Positions 51,216 to 60,097 of a stretch of DNA of 64,000 nt are shown here, in pieces; position 1 is the stretch's first letter; each line of letters begins with the position of its first letter. The notes beneath the pieces are model-generated. The model saw only the letters and a program-made list of their open reading frames with translations, was not told where the DNA came from and searched no databases. A program made the position numbers and the translations under genes. Location of the stretch: contig SLCY01000012.1 of assembly GCA_007125585.1 (NCBI GenBank), positions 9,627-73,626 of the forward strand, read 5' to 3'. This DNA is from Bacteroidales bacterium (GTDB lineage Bacteria; Bacteroidota; Bacteroidia; Bacteroidales; UBA7960).

Positions 51216-52147
51216 AAACAAAAAGAGTCTTCTTTGCCGGCAACGACACCTTCAAAATGCATGTGAAGCCTTTTTTTGAAGGTGCAAAACTGGAAGAGAC
51301 CACGAACAAGCGACGGGCCGATATCATCTATGTTACCTATGGGGGTCATTTTGGCCCAGTGGTTAACCTGTTTTACTGGCTGTGCGGCAAATCATTGGTC
51401 TTTCACTGGATTGGTTCTGATGTGCTGCGATGGAAAGAAGGCCTTTATTCTAAAAACCCCCTGACACGTCTGTATTTCCGCTTCTGGCGCTATATGTTGC
51501 TGGCAAAACACCGCCGGCGACAACTGGTCAGCATGGCAGTGACCGAACACCTTCAGGACAAACTCCGGGAGATCGGTATCCCTGCCACCCTATTTCCCAT
51601 CACTTCGATCAACAATGAGACCATAGGATTGTCCCGTCAGCTGCGGAAGCCCGACCGGTCGACCGACTTCATCGCTTATGTCCCTTTTGACAGGTTCGTC
51701 TTCTATGGTGGGCCGCTGTTCATCGAAACAGCTGCCATGCTGCCCCACCGGAGCTTCCTGATGGTGGTCCCTGACCGCCTGTCATCAGATGCCGGCATTG
51801 ACGACAGCTTCCCAGCCAACGTAAAACTATTGCCGGAGGTTGGGTTCGGCGAAATGCAGCAATTGCTCTCCGACAGCAGATACCTGTTGCGATTTACCGC
51901 CCACGATGGCCTGTCCCTGATGGTCCTTGAAGCCCTGCTTGCAGGGATGCAGGTAGTGTGGACGCGCCCCTTCCCACATACACACCAGGTCAACCCCGGC
52001 GAGCTTACCCCGGAAAAATGCAGCCGCCTGCTCGATGGGCTGATAGCAAACTGGCAGGAAAATACCCTGGGGCGCCAACATGTCATAGAAAGATACAGTG
52101 TAGGCAGCCTGCAGGAAACATTCAACAATATTTTTCAAAGGGGTTGA
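51212..52147 (+). CDS. putative glycosyltransferase (GT-B, GT4-like C-terminal half)
   Basis: 311 aa. 4-nt overlap with wzx. DGLSLMVLEALLAGMQVV resembles the E(x7)E region of GT4 enzymes. N-terminal half not recognisable. Confidence 0.5.
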   Translation: MKTKRVFFAGNDTFKMHVKPFFEGAKLEETTNKRRADIIYVTYGGHFGPVVNLFYWLCGKSLVFHWIGSDVLRWKEGLYSKNPLTRLYFRFWRYMLLAKHRRRQLVSMAVTEHLQDKLREIGIPATLFPITSINNETIGLSRQLRKPDRSTDFIAYVPFDRFVFYGGPLFIETAAMLPHRSFLMVVPDRLSSDAGIDDSFPANVKLLPEVGFGEMQQLLSDSRYLLRFTAHDGLSLMVLEALLAGMQVVWTRPFPHTHQVNPGELTPEKCSRLLDGLIANWQENTLGRQHVIERYSVGSLQETFNNIFQRG

Positions 52148-52258
52148 CCGCTCGCCGGGGAAGGTTGGGTAAGCTATACTACCCTGTGAAAAAGGCAACC
52201 AAGATACCAGGGTATAAAAATTTCAACCAGCTGTAGCCCCCGTTTGGTAAAAAAAATG

Positions 52259-52266
52259 TATATTTG
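52259..52266 (+). promoter_or_regulatory. candidate -7 box TATATTTG for tRNA-His
   Basis: Exact TAnnTTTG, 15 nt upstream of the tRNA. Confidence 0.5.
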
Positions 52267-52280
52267 CACCGCAATAAGAC

Positions 52281-52355
52281 GGTGGCTGTAGCTCAGCTGG
52301 TTAGAGCACCAGATTGTGGTTCTGGGGGTCGTGGGTTCAAATCCCATTAGCCACC
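52281..52355 (+). tRNA. tRNA-His (anticodon GUG) with encoded G-1
   Basis: Hand fold: G-1, acceptor GTGGCTG/TAGCCAC, D arm GCTC-AGCTGGTTA-GAGC, anticodon arm CCAGA-TTGTGGT-TCTGG, T arm GTGGG-TTCAAAT-CCCAT, C73. Confidence 0.9.
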
Positions 52356-52359
52356 CTCT

Positions 52360-52389
52360 AGGCCCCTCCTGAAGGAGGGGCTTTTCTTT
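52360..52389 (+). terminator. rho-independent terminator after tRNA-His
   Basis: AGGCCCCTCC-TGAA-GGAGGGGCTT, then TTTCTTT. Confidence 0.7.
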
Positions 52390-52549
52390 ATCAACCAATA
52401 TGTGCGGTGGTTTGATGCTTCTGAAGCCGTTTATGATGAATTGCTTCCTCTGGATGGTATAAACCCACAGAAACAATTCCCCTTTTCGTGGCCAACCGAA
52501 TGGGGTTCATTCAACACCCACTGTTATGTTGTAATCGGTCAAAATGATT

Positions 52550-52557
52550 TATTTTTG
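52550..52557 (+). promoter_or_regulatory. candidate -7 box TATTTTTG for the ccm cluster
   Basis: Exact TAnnTTTG, 26 nt upstream of the ATG at 52583. Confidence 0.4.
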
Positions 52558-52582
52558 CCTGAGCAATACAACTTTTCCCGAT

Positions 52583-53242
52583 ATGCAACCATCAAAGGTA
52601 ATGGCTCTGGTCAGAAAGGAATTCCTCCTCGAGTGGCGGCAGAAATTTGCCATGGGAGGGGTGCTGCTCTACCTGGTGTCTACCGTCTTTATTGCGTACC
52701 TGGCCTTTGACGGGACCATCGCTTTGCAGACGTGGAACGCCCTCTTTTGGCTCATCATGCTCTTTGCAGCCATGAATGTCATCCTGAAAAGCTTTATGCA
52801 GGAACACGAAAACCGGCAGCTGTATTATTATACCCTGGTGAGCGCCAGGGAGCTTATCAGCGCCAAAGTATTGTATAACGCCATGCTGATGGTGGCTCTG
52901 AGCCTGGCAGGCTTTGCTGTTTTCGCGGTTTTTATGGGAAACCCACTGGAGTCACCCTTGCTGTTCATGGTAAACATGTTGCTGGGCATGCTTGGTTTTG
53001 CTTCGGTGCTGACCCTGATCTCAGCAATTGCCTCCAGGGCGAAAAACAACTTCACCCTGATGGCAGTGTTGGGCTTTCCCCTTGTGCTTCCCCTGCTGCT
53101 CCTGCTTATCAGGGTGTCTTCAAAGACCATTGCCGGAACGGTTGTTGATAACGTTGCCCCGGACATGTTCATCATCGTATTGCTTATCTTTATTGCGCTG
53201 GCCCTCTCTATGCTTTTATTTCCGTATATTTGGAGAGACTAA
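52583..53242 (+). CDS. ccmB: heme exporter protein B (CcmB-like permease)
   Basis: Frame 52544..53242 trimmed to ATG 52583. About 219 aa, 6 TM segments, directly upstream of ccmC/D/E. Confidence 0.65.
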   Translation: MQPSKVMALVRKEFLLEWRQKFAMGGVLLYLVSTVFIAYLAFDGTIALQTWNALFWLIMLFAAMNVILKSFMQEHENRQLYYYTLVSARELISAKVLYNAMLMVALSLAGFAVFAVFMGNPLESPLLFMVNMLLGMLGFASVLTLISAIASRAKNNFTLMAVLGFPLVLPLLLLLIRVSSKTIAGTVVDNVAPDMFIIVLLIFIALALSMLLFPYIWRD

Positions 53243-53244
53243 AC

Positions 53245-53270
53245 GAACCTGAAACCCTGAACCCTGAACC
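53245..53270 (+). repeat. GAACCCT-type heptamer array x4 filling the ccmB-ccmC spacer
   Basis: GAACCT GAAACCCT GAACCCT GAACCGT, then ATG. Confidence 0.8.
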
Positions 53271-53272
53271 GT

Positions 53273-53977
53273 ATGCAGGCCGTTAAACAACATTGGTGGA
53301 AAATATTGGGGGTCCTGCTGCTCATCTACGTGATCGTGGGCGGACTGCTGTTTGAGGTGCCTGACCTCCCGGTGATAAGACAAAGCATCCGCAATATCTA
53401 TTTTCATGTGGGGATGTGGTTTGGCATGATATTCATCCTCTTTGCCGGTATGGTTTTCAGCGTCAGATACTTGCTGACAAACCGGCCGTACGAAGACATG
53501 AAAGCGCTTGCTGCGGTCAAGACTGGCTTGTTGTTTGGAGTCCTGGGGCTGATTACCGGGATGGTATGGGCGCAATTTACCTGGGGCAGCTTTTGGGTCA
53601 ATGATCCCAAGTTGAATGGTGCCGTGGTGGGGGTATTGATCTACTGCGCTTATATTGTTTTGCGCTCATCGGTGGAGGACAGGGACAAAAGGGCACGGCT
53701 TGCTGCTGTTTACAACGTATTTGCCTTTGTGCTTTTCTTTGTCTTCATCATGATAGTGCCCCGCACAGCCGCCCACTCAATTCATCCGGGGGTGGACGGA
53801 AACCCGGCCCTTGCAACCGGCGACCTTGCACCAGAGATGCGAATTGTCTTCTATCCTGCCATTGCCGGCTGGTTCATTATGACGTGGTGGCTTTATACAC
53901 TGTTGTTCAGGGCAGGAAAACTGGAGGCCGGCATTGATGAATGTATTGAAAACCTAAATGAAATAAAAAATGGGTGA
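53273..53977 (+). CDS. ccmC: cytochrome c biogenesis protein CcmC
   Basis: 234 aa. Trp-rich periplasmic motif WAQFTWGSFWVNDPKLNG, multiple TMs. Confidence 0.8.
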   Translation: MQAVKQHWWKILGVLLLIYVIVGGLLFEVPDLPVIRQSIRNIYFHVGMWFGMIFILFAGMVFSVRYLLTNRPYEDMKALAAVKTGLLFGVLGLITGMVWAQFTWGSFWVNDPKLNGAVVGVLIYCAYIVLRSSVEDRDKRARLAAVYNVFAFVLFFVFIMIVPRTAAHSIHPGVDGNPALATGDLAPEMRIVFYPAIAGWFIMTWWLYTLLFRAGKLEAGIDECIENLNEIKNG

Positions 53978-54125
53978 GACAAAAATTCTGGTGGTCGCCT
54001 TGCTGCTGGTGATCATATTTTTGGGGATTTCCACTTTCCTGTTCTATCTGGAGAAAAGGATATCAGCCTCTGAAAGGAAACTGAAAAAGCTGGAAGAACG
54101 CAGTTTAAAAGAGAAGGATCTGTGA
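53970..54125 (+). CDS. CcmD-like small membrane protein (51 aa, not in the ORF track)
   Basis: My translation: MGETKILVVALLLVIIFLGISTFLFYLEKRISASERKLKKLEERSLKEKDL. One TM plus a charged tail. The ATG overlaps the ccmC stop, and its TGA overlaps the ccmE ATG (ATGA-style coupling at both ends). Confidence 0.55.
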   Translation: MGETKILVVALLLVIIFLGISTFLFYLEKRISASERKLKKLEERSLKEKDL

Positions 54126-54538
54126 TGAAGAAAACGCATATTGCCGGACTGATCTTTATTGTCGCTGTCATCGGTGCCATTGTCAGTATCGTATACAATG
54201 CCGACACTTATGCTGGTTTTGCCGAGGCCCGCGCAAATCCAGGCCGGGAGTTCCATATCCTTGGCGAGCTGATGCGGGACAAGCCCATAGAAGAAAAGGT
54301 GGTAAGCAACACCCTGACCCTGTCTTTCCACATGCAAGATGGCCATGGCGAAACTGCTCAAGTGCTTTACTTCGGAGCCAAACCCAGAGATTTTGAACTG
54401 TCGGATGAAGTGGTGCTGATCGGCAAATACGAAGGTCCACGTTTCGTGGCCAGCAGCTTGTTGTTGAAATGTCCGTCGAAATACAGACCAGAAGAGATCG
54501 GTAAAACAGAATACACCTTTTCACCCGCTGCCAATTAA
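54125..54538 (+). CDS. ccmE: cytochrome c maturation heme chaperone CcmE, CxxxY variant
   Basis: 137 aa from ATG 54125 (the track starts at GTG 54122). N-terminal TM, OB-fold-like body. LLLKCPSKYRPEE aligns to E. coli VLAKHDENYTPPE. Confidence 0.75.
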   Translation: MKKTHIAGLIFIVAVIGAIVSIVYNADTYAGFAEARANPGREFHILGELMRDKPIEEKVVSNTLTLSFHMQDGHGETAQVLYFGAKPRDFELSDEVVLIGKYEGPRFVASSLLLKCPSKYRPEEIGKTEYTFSPAAN

Positions 54539-54574
54539 CAGAAAGCAAACGCCAGGGACAAAAACGTAAAACGC

Positions 54575-55507
54575 TTACAACCTCTCTATGATCTCCGGCA
54601 ACCGCTTCATCATGGCCAGCTCCTTCATTTTCTCTTTCGCTTCCTTGACAGGCGATCCGAAATAGGTCTTATTCCCATCCAGCGATTTGGCAATGCCTGA
54701 TTGCCCCAGCACCACGGCACCTTTGCCGATGGTGAGGTCTTTCTGTACACCCACCTGGCCCCAAAGGATCACATCATCTTCGATGTTCACACATCCGGCA
54801 ACGCCCACCTGGGCAGCAAAAAGACAATTTTTACCGATGATGGTATCATGTCCGACCTGTATCAGGTTGTCTAGCTTGGTCCCCGCTCCAATAACGGTAT
54901 CACCTGATACCCCTTTATCGATGGTGGTGTTGGCACCAATCTCCACATTGTCTTCAATGACCACCCTGCCACAAGACGCCAGTTTGTCGTAATGGTCAGT
55001 GCGGCGCTTAAAATAGAAGGCATCGGCACCAATGACGGCACCCGAGTGGATCACCACATGGTCACCAATAACACAATTGTCGTAGATGGTTACATTGGGA
55101 TGGATCAGGCAGTTCTTTCCGATGCTGACATGGTTGCCGATGAATACTCCCGGTTGCAGAATGCTATGCTTGCCAATGGTTGCGCTTGGACTGATCATGC
55201 TTTCGGCCGATTGGAAAGGACTGAATTTCTTGACAAGGGAAACAAAATCACGGAAAGGGTCATCGGAAAATATAAGGGCCTTTCCGTTGGGAAAAGCCAT
55301 TTTTTTATTGATGATGATGGTGGATGCTGCTGAAGAAAGCGCTTTTTTGTAATATTTGGGATGGTCTACAAATGTAATGTCCCCCTTTTTAACCCTGTGA
55401 ATCTCATTGAGCCCACTGACGATCATTTCGGGGTCGCCGTCATATTCTGCACGAATGATCGCAGCGATCTCTTTTATTGTTTTTGGTGTTTTGAGTTGCA
55501 TGGGCAA
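54575..55507 (-). CDS. lpxD: UDP-3-O-acylglucosamine N-acyltransferase, short paralog
   Basis: 310 aa. N-terminal LpxD domain (IKEIAAIIRAEYDGDPE...) plus left-handed beta-helix hexapeptide repeats. Confidence 0.8.
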   Translation of the reverse strand: MPMQLKTPKTIKEIAAIIRAEYDGDPEMIVSGLNEIHRVKKGDITFVDHPKYYKKALSSAASTIIINKKMAFPNGKALIFSDDPFRDFVSLVKKFSPFQSAESMISPSATIGKHSILQPGVFIGNHVSIGKNCLIHPNVTIYDNCVIGDHVVIHSGAVIGADAFYFKRRTDHYDKLASCGRVVIEDNVEIGANTTIDKGVSGDTVIGAGTKLDNLIQVGHDTIIGKNCLFAAQVGVAGCVNIEDDVILWGQVGVQKDLTIGKGAVVLGQSGIAKSLDGNKTYFGSPVKEAKEKMKELAMMKRLPEIIERL

Positions 55508-55510
55508 GGG

Positions 55511-56074
55511 TTATTTTACTCTTTCTGCATAAGACTTGGTACGTGTATCTACTTTGATCTTCTCGCCAGTATTGATGAATAAAGGAACATTGACCACGGC
55601 GCCGGTTTCCGTTGTGGCAGCTTTCAGCGTGTTGGTGGCGGTATCCCCTTTTACACCCGGCTCGGTATAGGTAACCTCCAGCTCTACAAAAGGAGGCAAT
55701 TCGCAATTCAGTGGAGTTTCTGAATCAACATGATATATGATCTCTACGTCTTGTCCCTCTTTCAGGTATTCGGGGGCATTGATCAGGTACTCTTCGATAC
55801 TCATCTGTTCAAAAGTGGATGTGTGCATGAAGTGATAACCCATGTCGTCCTTATACAGGAACTGGTAAGGACGTCTTTCCACCCTTGCCACGTTCACTTT
55901 GTGTCCGGCATTGAAGGTATGCTGCAGCACTTTCCCTGTCTTCAGATTTTTTAGCTTTGTGCGCACGAAGGCACCCCCCTTCCCCGGTTTTACATGCTGG
56001 AACTCGACGATGGTGTATAGTTCATTGTTCAACTCCAGGCAAAGCCCGTTCCGAAAATCAGCTGTTGTTGCCAT
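55511..56074 (-). CDS. efp: elongation factor P
   Basis: 187 aa. [38 protein letters not shown]. Confidence 0.95.
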   Translation of the reverse strand: MATTADFRNGLCLELNNELYTIVEFQHVKPGKGGAFVRTKLKNLKTGKVLQHTFNAGHKVNVARVERRPYQFLYKDDMGYHFMHTSTFEQMSIEEYLINAPEYLKEGQDVEIIYHVDSETPLNCELPPFVELEVTYTEPGVKGDTATNTLKAATTETGAVVNVPLFINTGEKIKVDTRTKSYAERVK

Positions 56075-56113
56075 AAAATACTATTGGTCATTGGTTTTAA
56101 TGAAAAATCGGCA

Positions 56114-56121
56114 CAAAAGTA
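56114..56121 (-). promoter_or_regulatory. candidate -7 box TACTTTTG for efp
   Basis: Plus strand CAAAAGTA, 40 nt upstream of the ATG at 56074. Confidence 0.4.
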
Positions 56122-56233
56122 ATAAAAAAATCTGCATTTACGTCCATATGCAATCTGCTTTTGGCTTCCCGATGGCACAGGTCAGCGTGACCGGGGTACG
56201 GTTCTTGTGAGCTTGCGGTGTGCCGGGGAATGT

Positions 56234-56845
56234 TTACAGGTTGATGGCGATAAAATCGTTGGTGTATTCTTCGGGGTTATGATTGGAAGCCACAACCACC
56301 GTCTTTCCTGCACCGTATTCCTCCAATAGCAGCTTGTACCAGGCTCTGGATTCCTTGTCCAGGTTGGTACAGGGTTCATCGAGCAGAAGAAGTTTGGTTT
56401 CCGGAAGGATCGCCAAAACAAGCTTAACCCTTTGTTTCATCCCGGAGGAGTATTCTTTGATGCTTTTGCCGTTGAAGTCCTGGAGGCCTGAGTACCGGAC
56501 CACGTCACTGGTGGTAAGGTTGCCGGGAAACGCTTTGAATTGCTTGTGAAAGTTGATAATCTCAGGAAAACTGAACTCTTCCGGCAGCTCAAGGGAGGGG
56601 CTTGTGAGTGACACCCGGGCATATACGCTGTCAGGCTCTGCAATGCGCCCCTTGTCGTACCATTCGATCCTTCCACAGGTAGGGGTGAGGTATCCGGCGG
56701 CCATCCTGAGCAGGGTGGACTTGCCACTGCCGTTTTTCCCCAGAATGACATATCGCTGACCTGGGTCAAAAGAGAGGTCCAGGCCTTTAAAGACCCACTT
56801 TTTCCTGAACCTCTTTCCGGCTGCTTGAAATAAGACCTGTATCAT
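56234..56845 (-). CDS. stand-alone ABC transporter ATP-binding protein
   Basis: 203 aa. Walker A GKNGSGKST, signature YSSGMKQR, Walker B LLLLDEP. No permease adjacent. Confidence 0.8.
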   Translation of the reverse strand: MIQVLFQAAGKRFRKKWVFKGLDLSFDPGQRYVILGKNGSGKSTLLRMAAGYLTPTCGRIEWYDKGRIAEPDSVYARVSLTSPSLELPEEFSFPEIINFHKQFKAFPGNLTTSDVVRYSGLQDFNGKSIKEYSSGMKQRVKLVLAILPETKLLLLDEPCTNLDKESRAWYKLLLEEYGAGKTVVVASNHNPEEYTNDFIAINL

Positions 56846-56855
56846 TCAGGCGGCT

Positions 56856-57644
56856 TTATTTTTCGTGGTATGAGTACCCCTTCATGATGCCCCTGCTCGA
56901 CCTTGAGATAAAGCTGAGGATCTCATCCCGTTCAGGTGTGGCATGCATCTCTGTTTCAATATAGGCAATCGCCTGGCTGACATTCATGTTCTTCAGATAG
57001 ATGACACGGTAGATGTCCTGTACCTGATTGATTTTTTCACTGCTGAACCCCCTTCTGCGCAATCCGATGGAGTTGATGCCGACAAACGAAAGGGGGTCCC
57101 TGGCTGCCTTGGTAAAGGGTGGCACATCTTTTCTGACAAGGGAGCCGCCGGAAATCATCACATGTGCACCGATGTTTACAAATTGATGTACTGCCGACAG
57201 TCCGCCGAGGATGGCATAGTCGTCAATAACAATATGTCCGGCAAGGGTTGCGGCGTTGGCCAGGATACAGTTGTTCCCGATGATACAGTCGTGGGCAACA
57301 TGCACATAGGCCATCAAAAGGCAATTGTTGCCAATGACTGTTTTGTTGCTTGCCCGGGTACCCCTGTTGATGGTCACAAACTCACGGATGGTGGTGTTGT
57401 CGCCAACCTCTACCGTGGTTTCCTCCCCGGCAAACTTCAGGTCCTGGGGGATGGCACTGATGACAGCCCCCGGAAAGATCCTGCAGTTTTTGCCGATCTT
57501 GGCACCCTCCATGATGGTCACATTGGAACCTATCCAGGTTCCTTCACCAACCTCTACATCTTTATTGATGGTTACGAAGGGTTCAATAACGACGTTTCTG
57601 GCTATTTTCGCCTGCGGATGTACGTATGCTAATGGTTGATTCAT
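56856..57644 (-). CDS. lpxA: acyl-ACP--UDP-N-acetylglucosamine O-acyltransferase
   Basis: Frame ..57737 trimmed to ATG 57644 (MNQPLAYVHPQAKIARNVVIEPF). Hexapeptide repeats plus LpxA C-terminal helical domain. Confidence 0.92.
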   Translation of the reverse strand: MNQPLAYVHPQAKIARNVVIEPFVTINKDVEVGEGTWIGSNVTIMEGAKIGKNCRIFPGAVISAIPQDLKFAGEETTVEVGDNTTIREFVTINRGTRASNKTVIGNNCLLMAYVHVAHDCIIGNNCILANAATLAGHIVIDDYAILGGLSAVHQFVNIGAHVMISGGSLVRKDVPPFTKAARDPLSFVGINSIGLRRRGFSSEKINQVQDIYRVIYLKNMNVSQAIAYIETEMHATPERDEILSFISRSSRGIMKGYSYHEK

Positions 57645-57652
57645 TGCAATGA

Positions 57653-59047
57653 TTATTCTTTTTTTGCTATCTGCGCCATCATTTCGGCTTCCATGACAAC
57701 TTTGTTTCCGACATATGCAATGCCGCGCATGTGACATATGCCTCTTCTGACCGGTGTTACCAGATTCATTTTGAAAACAAGGGTGTCACCGGGCACCACT
57801 TTCTGCTTGAAGCGGACGTTATCTATTTTAAGAAAATAGGTGTTATAGTTTTCGGGGTCATCCACGGTAGATAATACCAGGATGCCGCCCGCCTGGGCCA
57901 TGGCTTCTACCTGAAGCACCCCGGGCATGATGGGCTCGTTTGGGAAATGCCCGGCGAAGAAGGGTTCATTCATGCTGACATTCTTCACTGCCACCACCGA
58001 AGCATCGGTTACCTCGATGATCTTGTCTACCAGGAGAAAAGGGGGCCGGTGCGGAAGCATGCGTTTGATATCGTTGATATCGTAAACGGGCTCAATGCCG
58101 GGATCGTATACTGGGATTTGTTCCTGGTCGACCCTTTCTTTGATATGTTTTTGCAGATGTTTGGCAAACAGCACATTGGACGCATGTCCCGGTTTGGATG
58201 CGATGATATGCCCTTTGATGCGTTTCCCGGCAAGGGTCAGGTCTCCCACGATATCCAACAGCTTATGACGCGCCGGTTCATTATGGAAAGCCAGCTCAAG
58301 ATTGTTCAGGATGCCCTCTTGCCTGACCGCAACGGTTGGTTTGTCAAGTACCTTTGCCAGGCGGTCGAGTTCCTGCTGGCTCACCGGCCTGTCTACAAAG
58401 ACGATGGCGTTATTCAGGTCTCCTCCCTTGATGAGGTTCTTGGAGAGGAGGTATTCCAGTTCATGAAGGAAGACAAAGGTGCGGCACCCGGCAATCTCAT
58501 CCCTGAACTCGCGGATGTGGTCCATGCGGGCGTGCTGGTGCCCGAGCACATTTGAATGGAAATCGATCAGACAGGTGATTCGGTAGTGATCATCAGGCAA
58601 TGCGATGATCTCACAATCTTTTTCTTCGTGATAGAACCGGATGGACTCCCTGATCTCAAAATAATCTCTGAAGGCGTTCTGCTCTACCGTCCCCGCCTTA
58701 TCAATGGCCTCGACATAAAACTTACTGCTTCCATCCAGGATGGGGGTCTCCGGACAATCTACCTCGATGATGGCATTGTCAATATCCATGCCTGTAATGG
58801 CTGATAAAACATGCTCTGCCGTGGCAATACGCATGCCATTTTTCTCCAGCGTGGTCCCCCGTGACGTATCGGACACCAGCCTTGCATCAGCTTCAACAAA
58901 AGCATCTTCACCAATATCTTTCCGAAGAAAGCGAATGCCGGTGTTCTCCGGTGAGGGTTTAATGGTGAGCGTTACTTTTTTTCCCCTATGCAGCCCATGC
59001 CCCATAAGGGTCACAGGAGTCTTGATTGTCTTTTGCTTTTCGTCCAT
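57653..59047 (-). CDS. lpxC: bifunctional UDP-3-O-acyl-GlcNAc deacetylase / 3-hydroxyacyl-ACP dehydratase (LpxC-FabZ fusion)
   Basis: 464 aa. LpxC N-terminal part (QKTIKTPVTLMGHGLHRGKKVTLTIKP). FabZ C-terminal part (LPHRPPFLLVDKI...FFAGHFP..PIMPGVL). Confidence 0.95.
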   Translation of the reverse strand: MDEKQKTIKTPVTLMGHGLHRGKKVTLTIKPSPENTGIRFLRKDIGEDAFVEADARLVSDTSRGTTLEKNGMRIATAEHVLSAITGMDIDNAIIEVDCPETPILDGSSKFYVEAIDKAGTVEQNAFRDYFEIRESIRFYHEEKDCEIIALPDDHYRITCLIDFHSNVLGHQHARMDHIREFRDEIAGCRTFVFLHELEYLLSKNLIKGGDLNNAIVFVDRPVSQQELDRLAKVLDKPTVAVRQEGILNNLELAFHNEPARHKLLDIVGDLTLAGKRIKGHIIASKPGHASNVLFAKHLQKHIKERVDQEQIPVYDPGIEPVYDINDIKRMLPHRPPFLLVDKIIEVTDASVVAVKNVSMNEPFFAGHFPNEPIMPGVLQVEAMAQAGGILVLSTVDDPENYNTYFLKIDNVRFKQKVVPGDTLVFKMNLVTPVRRGICHMRGIAYVGNKVVMEAEMMAQIAKKE

Positions 59048-59062
59048 AACCTGTCAATTGGT

Positions 59063-60097
59063 TCATCCCCCTTTTAACCTTGTCACTTCCTTTTCCAGCT
59101 CATCAATACGTTTGACAAGCTTTTCGAAATTCCGGAAATAAACAAAGGCTTTCCTGTATTGTGATGCTTCCATTGAAGGAGAGCCCATGATGATCTGTCC
59201 GTCTTTGATATTGGATGGAACGCCTGCCTGAGCCGCCATTTTTACATCATCACCAATGGTAAGGTGGCCGCTGATACCCACCTGCCCTCCTATCATACAA
59301 TTTTTTCCGATCTTCGATGAGCCTGCCACCCCACATTGGGCAGCCATCACGGTATTTTCACCAATCACCACATTGTGCCCTACCTGGATCAGATTATCCA
59401 GCTTGACACCTTTCCTGATAACTGTTGAGCCAAGCGTCGCCCTGTCAATGGTTGTCCCGGCACCGATCTCCACATTGTCTTCGATGATCACATTGCCGAT
59501 CTGGGCTACCTTTTTGTAATTATTGTCGGTTTGCGGGGCAAAACCAAAACCATCGGCACCGATCACCGCATTGGAGTGCAAGGTGCAACTGGCACCTATA
59601 CGTGTGTTTTCATAAATCCTCACACCACTGTAAAGTACCGTGTGGTCACCAATCTGAACATTGTCTCCAATGTAGGCATGCGGATGGATCTTAACATTGC
59701 TGCCCAGCGATACATTTTCACCGATATAGGCAAACTCACCGATATAGGTGTTCTCACCATGGCTGGCAGTGGGGGAAATAAAAGCCAGCTCCGAGATGCC
59801 TGTCTTCTCAGGAAGATTGCTCCTGTATAACTCCAGCAAACGCGCCAGCGCACCATAAGGATCATCGACCCGTACCAAAGTGCCCCGGACCGGTTTCTCA
59901 GGCTTAAAATCTTGTCTGACAAGGACAATGGATGCTTCTGTTGAATAAATGTAGGATGTATAGGCCGGATTGGCCAAAAACGTCATCGTACCCTTCGTTG
60001 CTTCTTCAATCTTGGCAATTTGAGATATCTTTATTTCCGGATCTCCCTCAAGCGTACCATTTAGGAAGTCGGCAATTTGTCTGGCTGAAAATTCCAT
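59063..60097 (-). CDS. lpxD: UDP-3-O-acylglucosamine N-acyltransferase
   Basis: 344 aa. [21 protein letters not shown]..., hexapeptide repeats, C-terminal coiled helix. Confidence 0.92.
   Translation of the reverse strand: MEFSARQIADFLNGTLEGDPEIKISQIAKIEEATKGTMTFLANPAYTSYIYSTEASIVLVRQDFKPEKPVRGTLVRVDDPYGALARLLELYRSNLPEKTGISELAFISPTASHGENTYIGEFAYIGENVSLGSNVKIHPHAYIGDNVQIGDHTVLYSGVRIYENTRIGASCTLHSNAVIGADGFGFAPQTDNNYKKVAQIGNVIIEDNVEIGAGTTIDRATLGSTVIRKGVKLDNLIQVGHNVVIGENTVMAAQCGVAGSSKIGKNCMIGGQVGISGHLTIGDDVKMAAQAGVPSNIKDGQIIMGSPSMEASQYRKAFVYFRNFEKLVKRIDELEKEVTRLKGG

Noticed and set aside
52281-52400. tRNA-His (and tRNA-Leu at 39741) as genomic-island integration sites.
   Set aside because: No integrase gene is present, and I found no direct repeat of either tRNA 3' end elsewhere in the window. 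The flanking genes are ordinary chromosomal functions.
56234-56845. Calling the lone 203-aa ABC ATPase the missing CcmA.
   Set aside because: The only supports are its size and its loose proximity to ccmBCDE on the opposite strand. It is embedded in the lipid A/efp cluster, and nothing sequence-specific supports a CcmA call.
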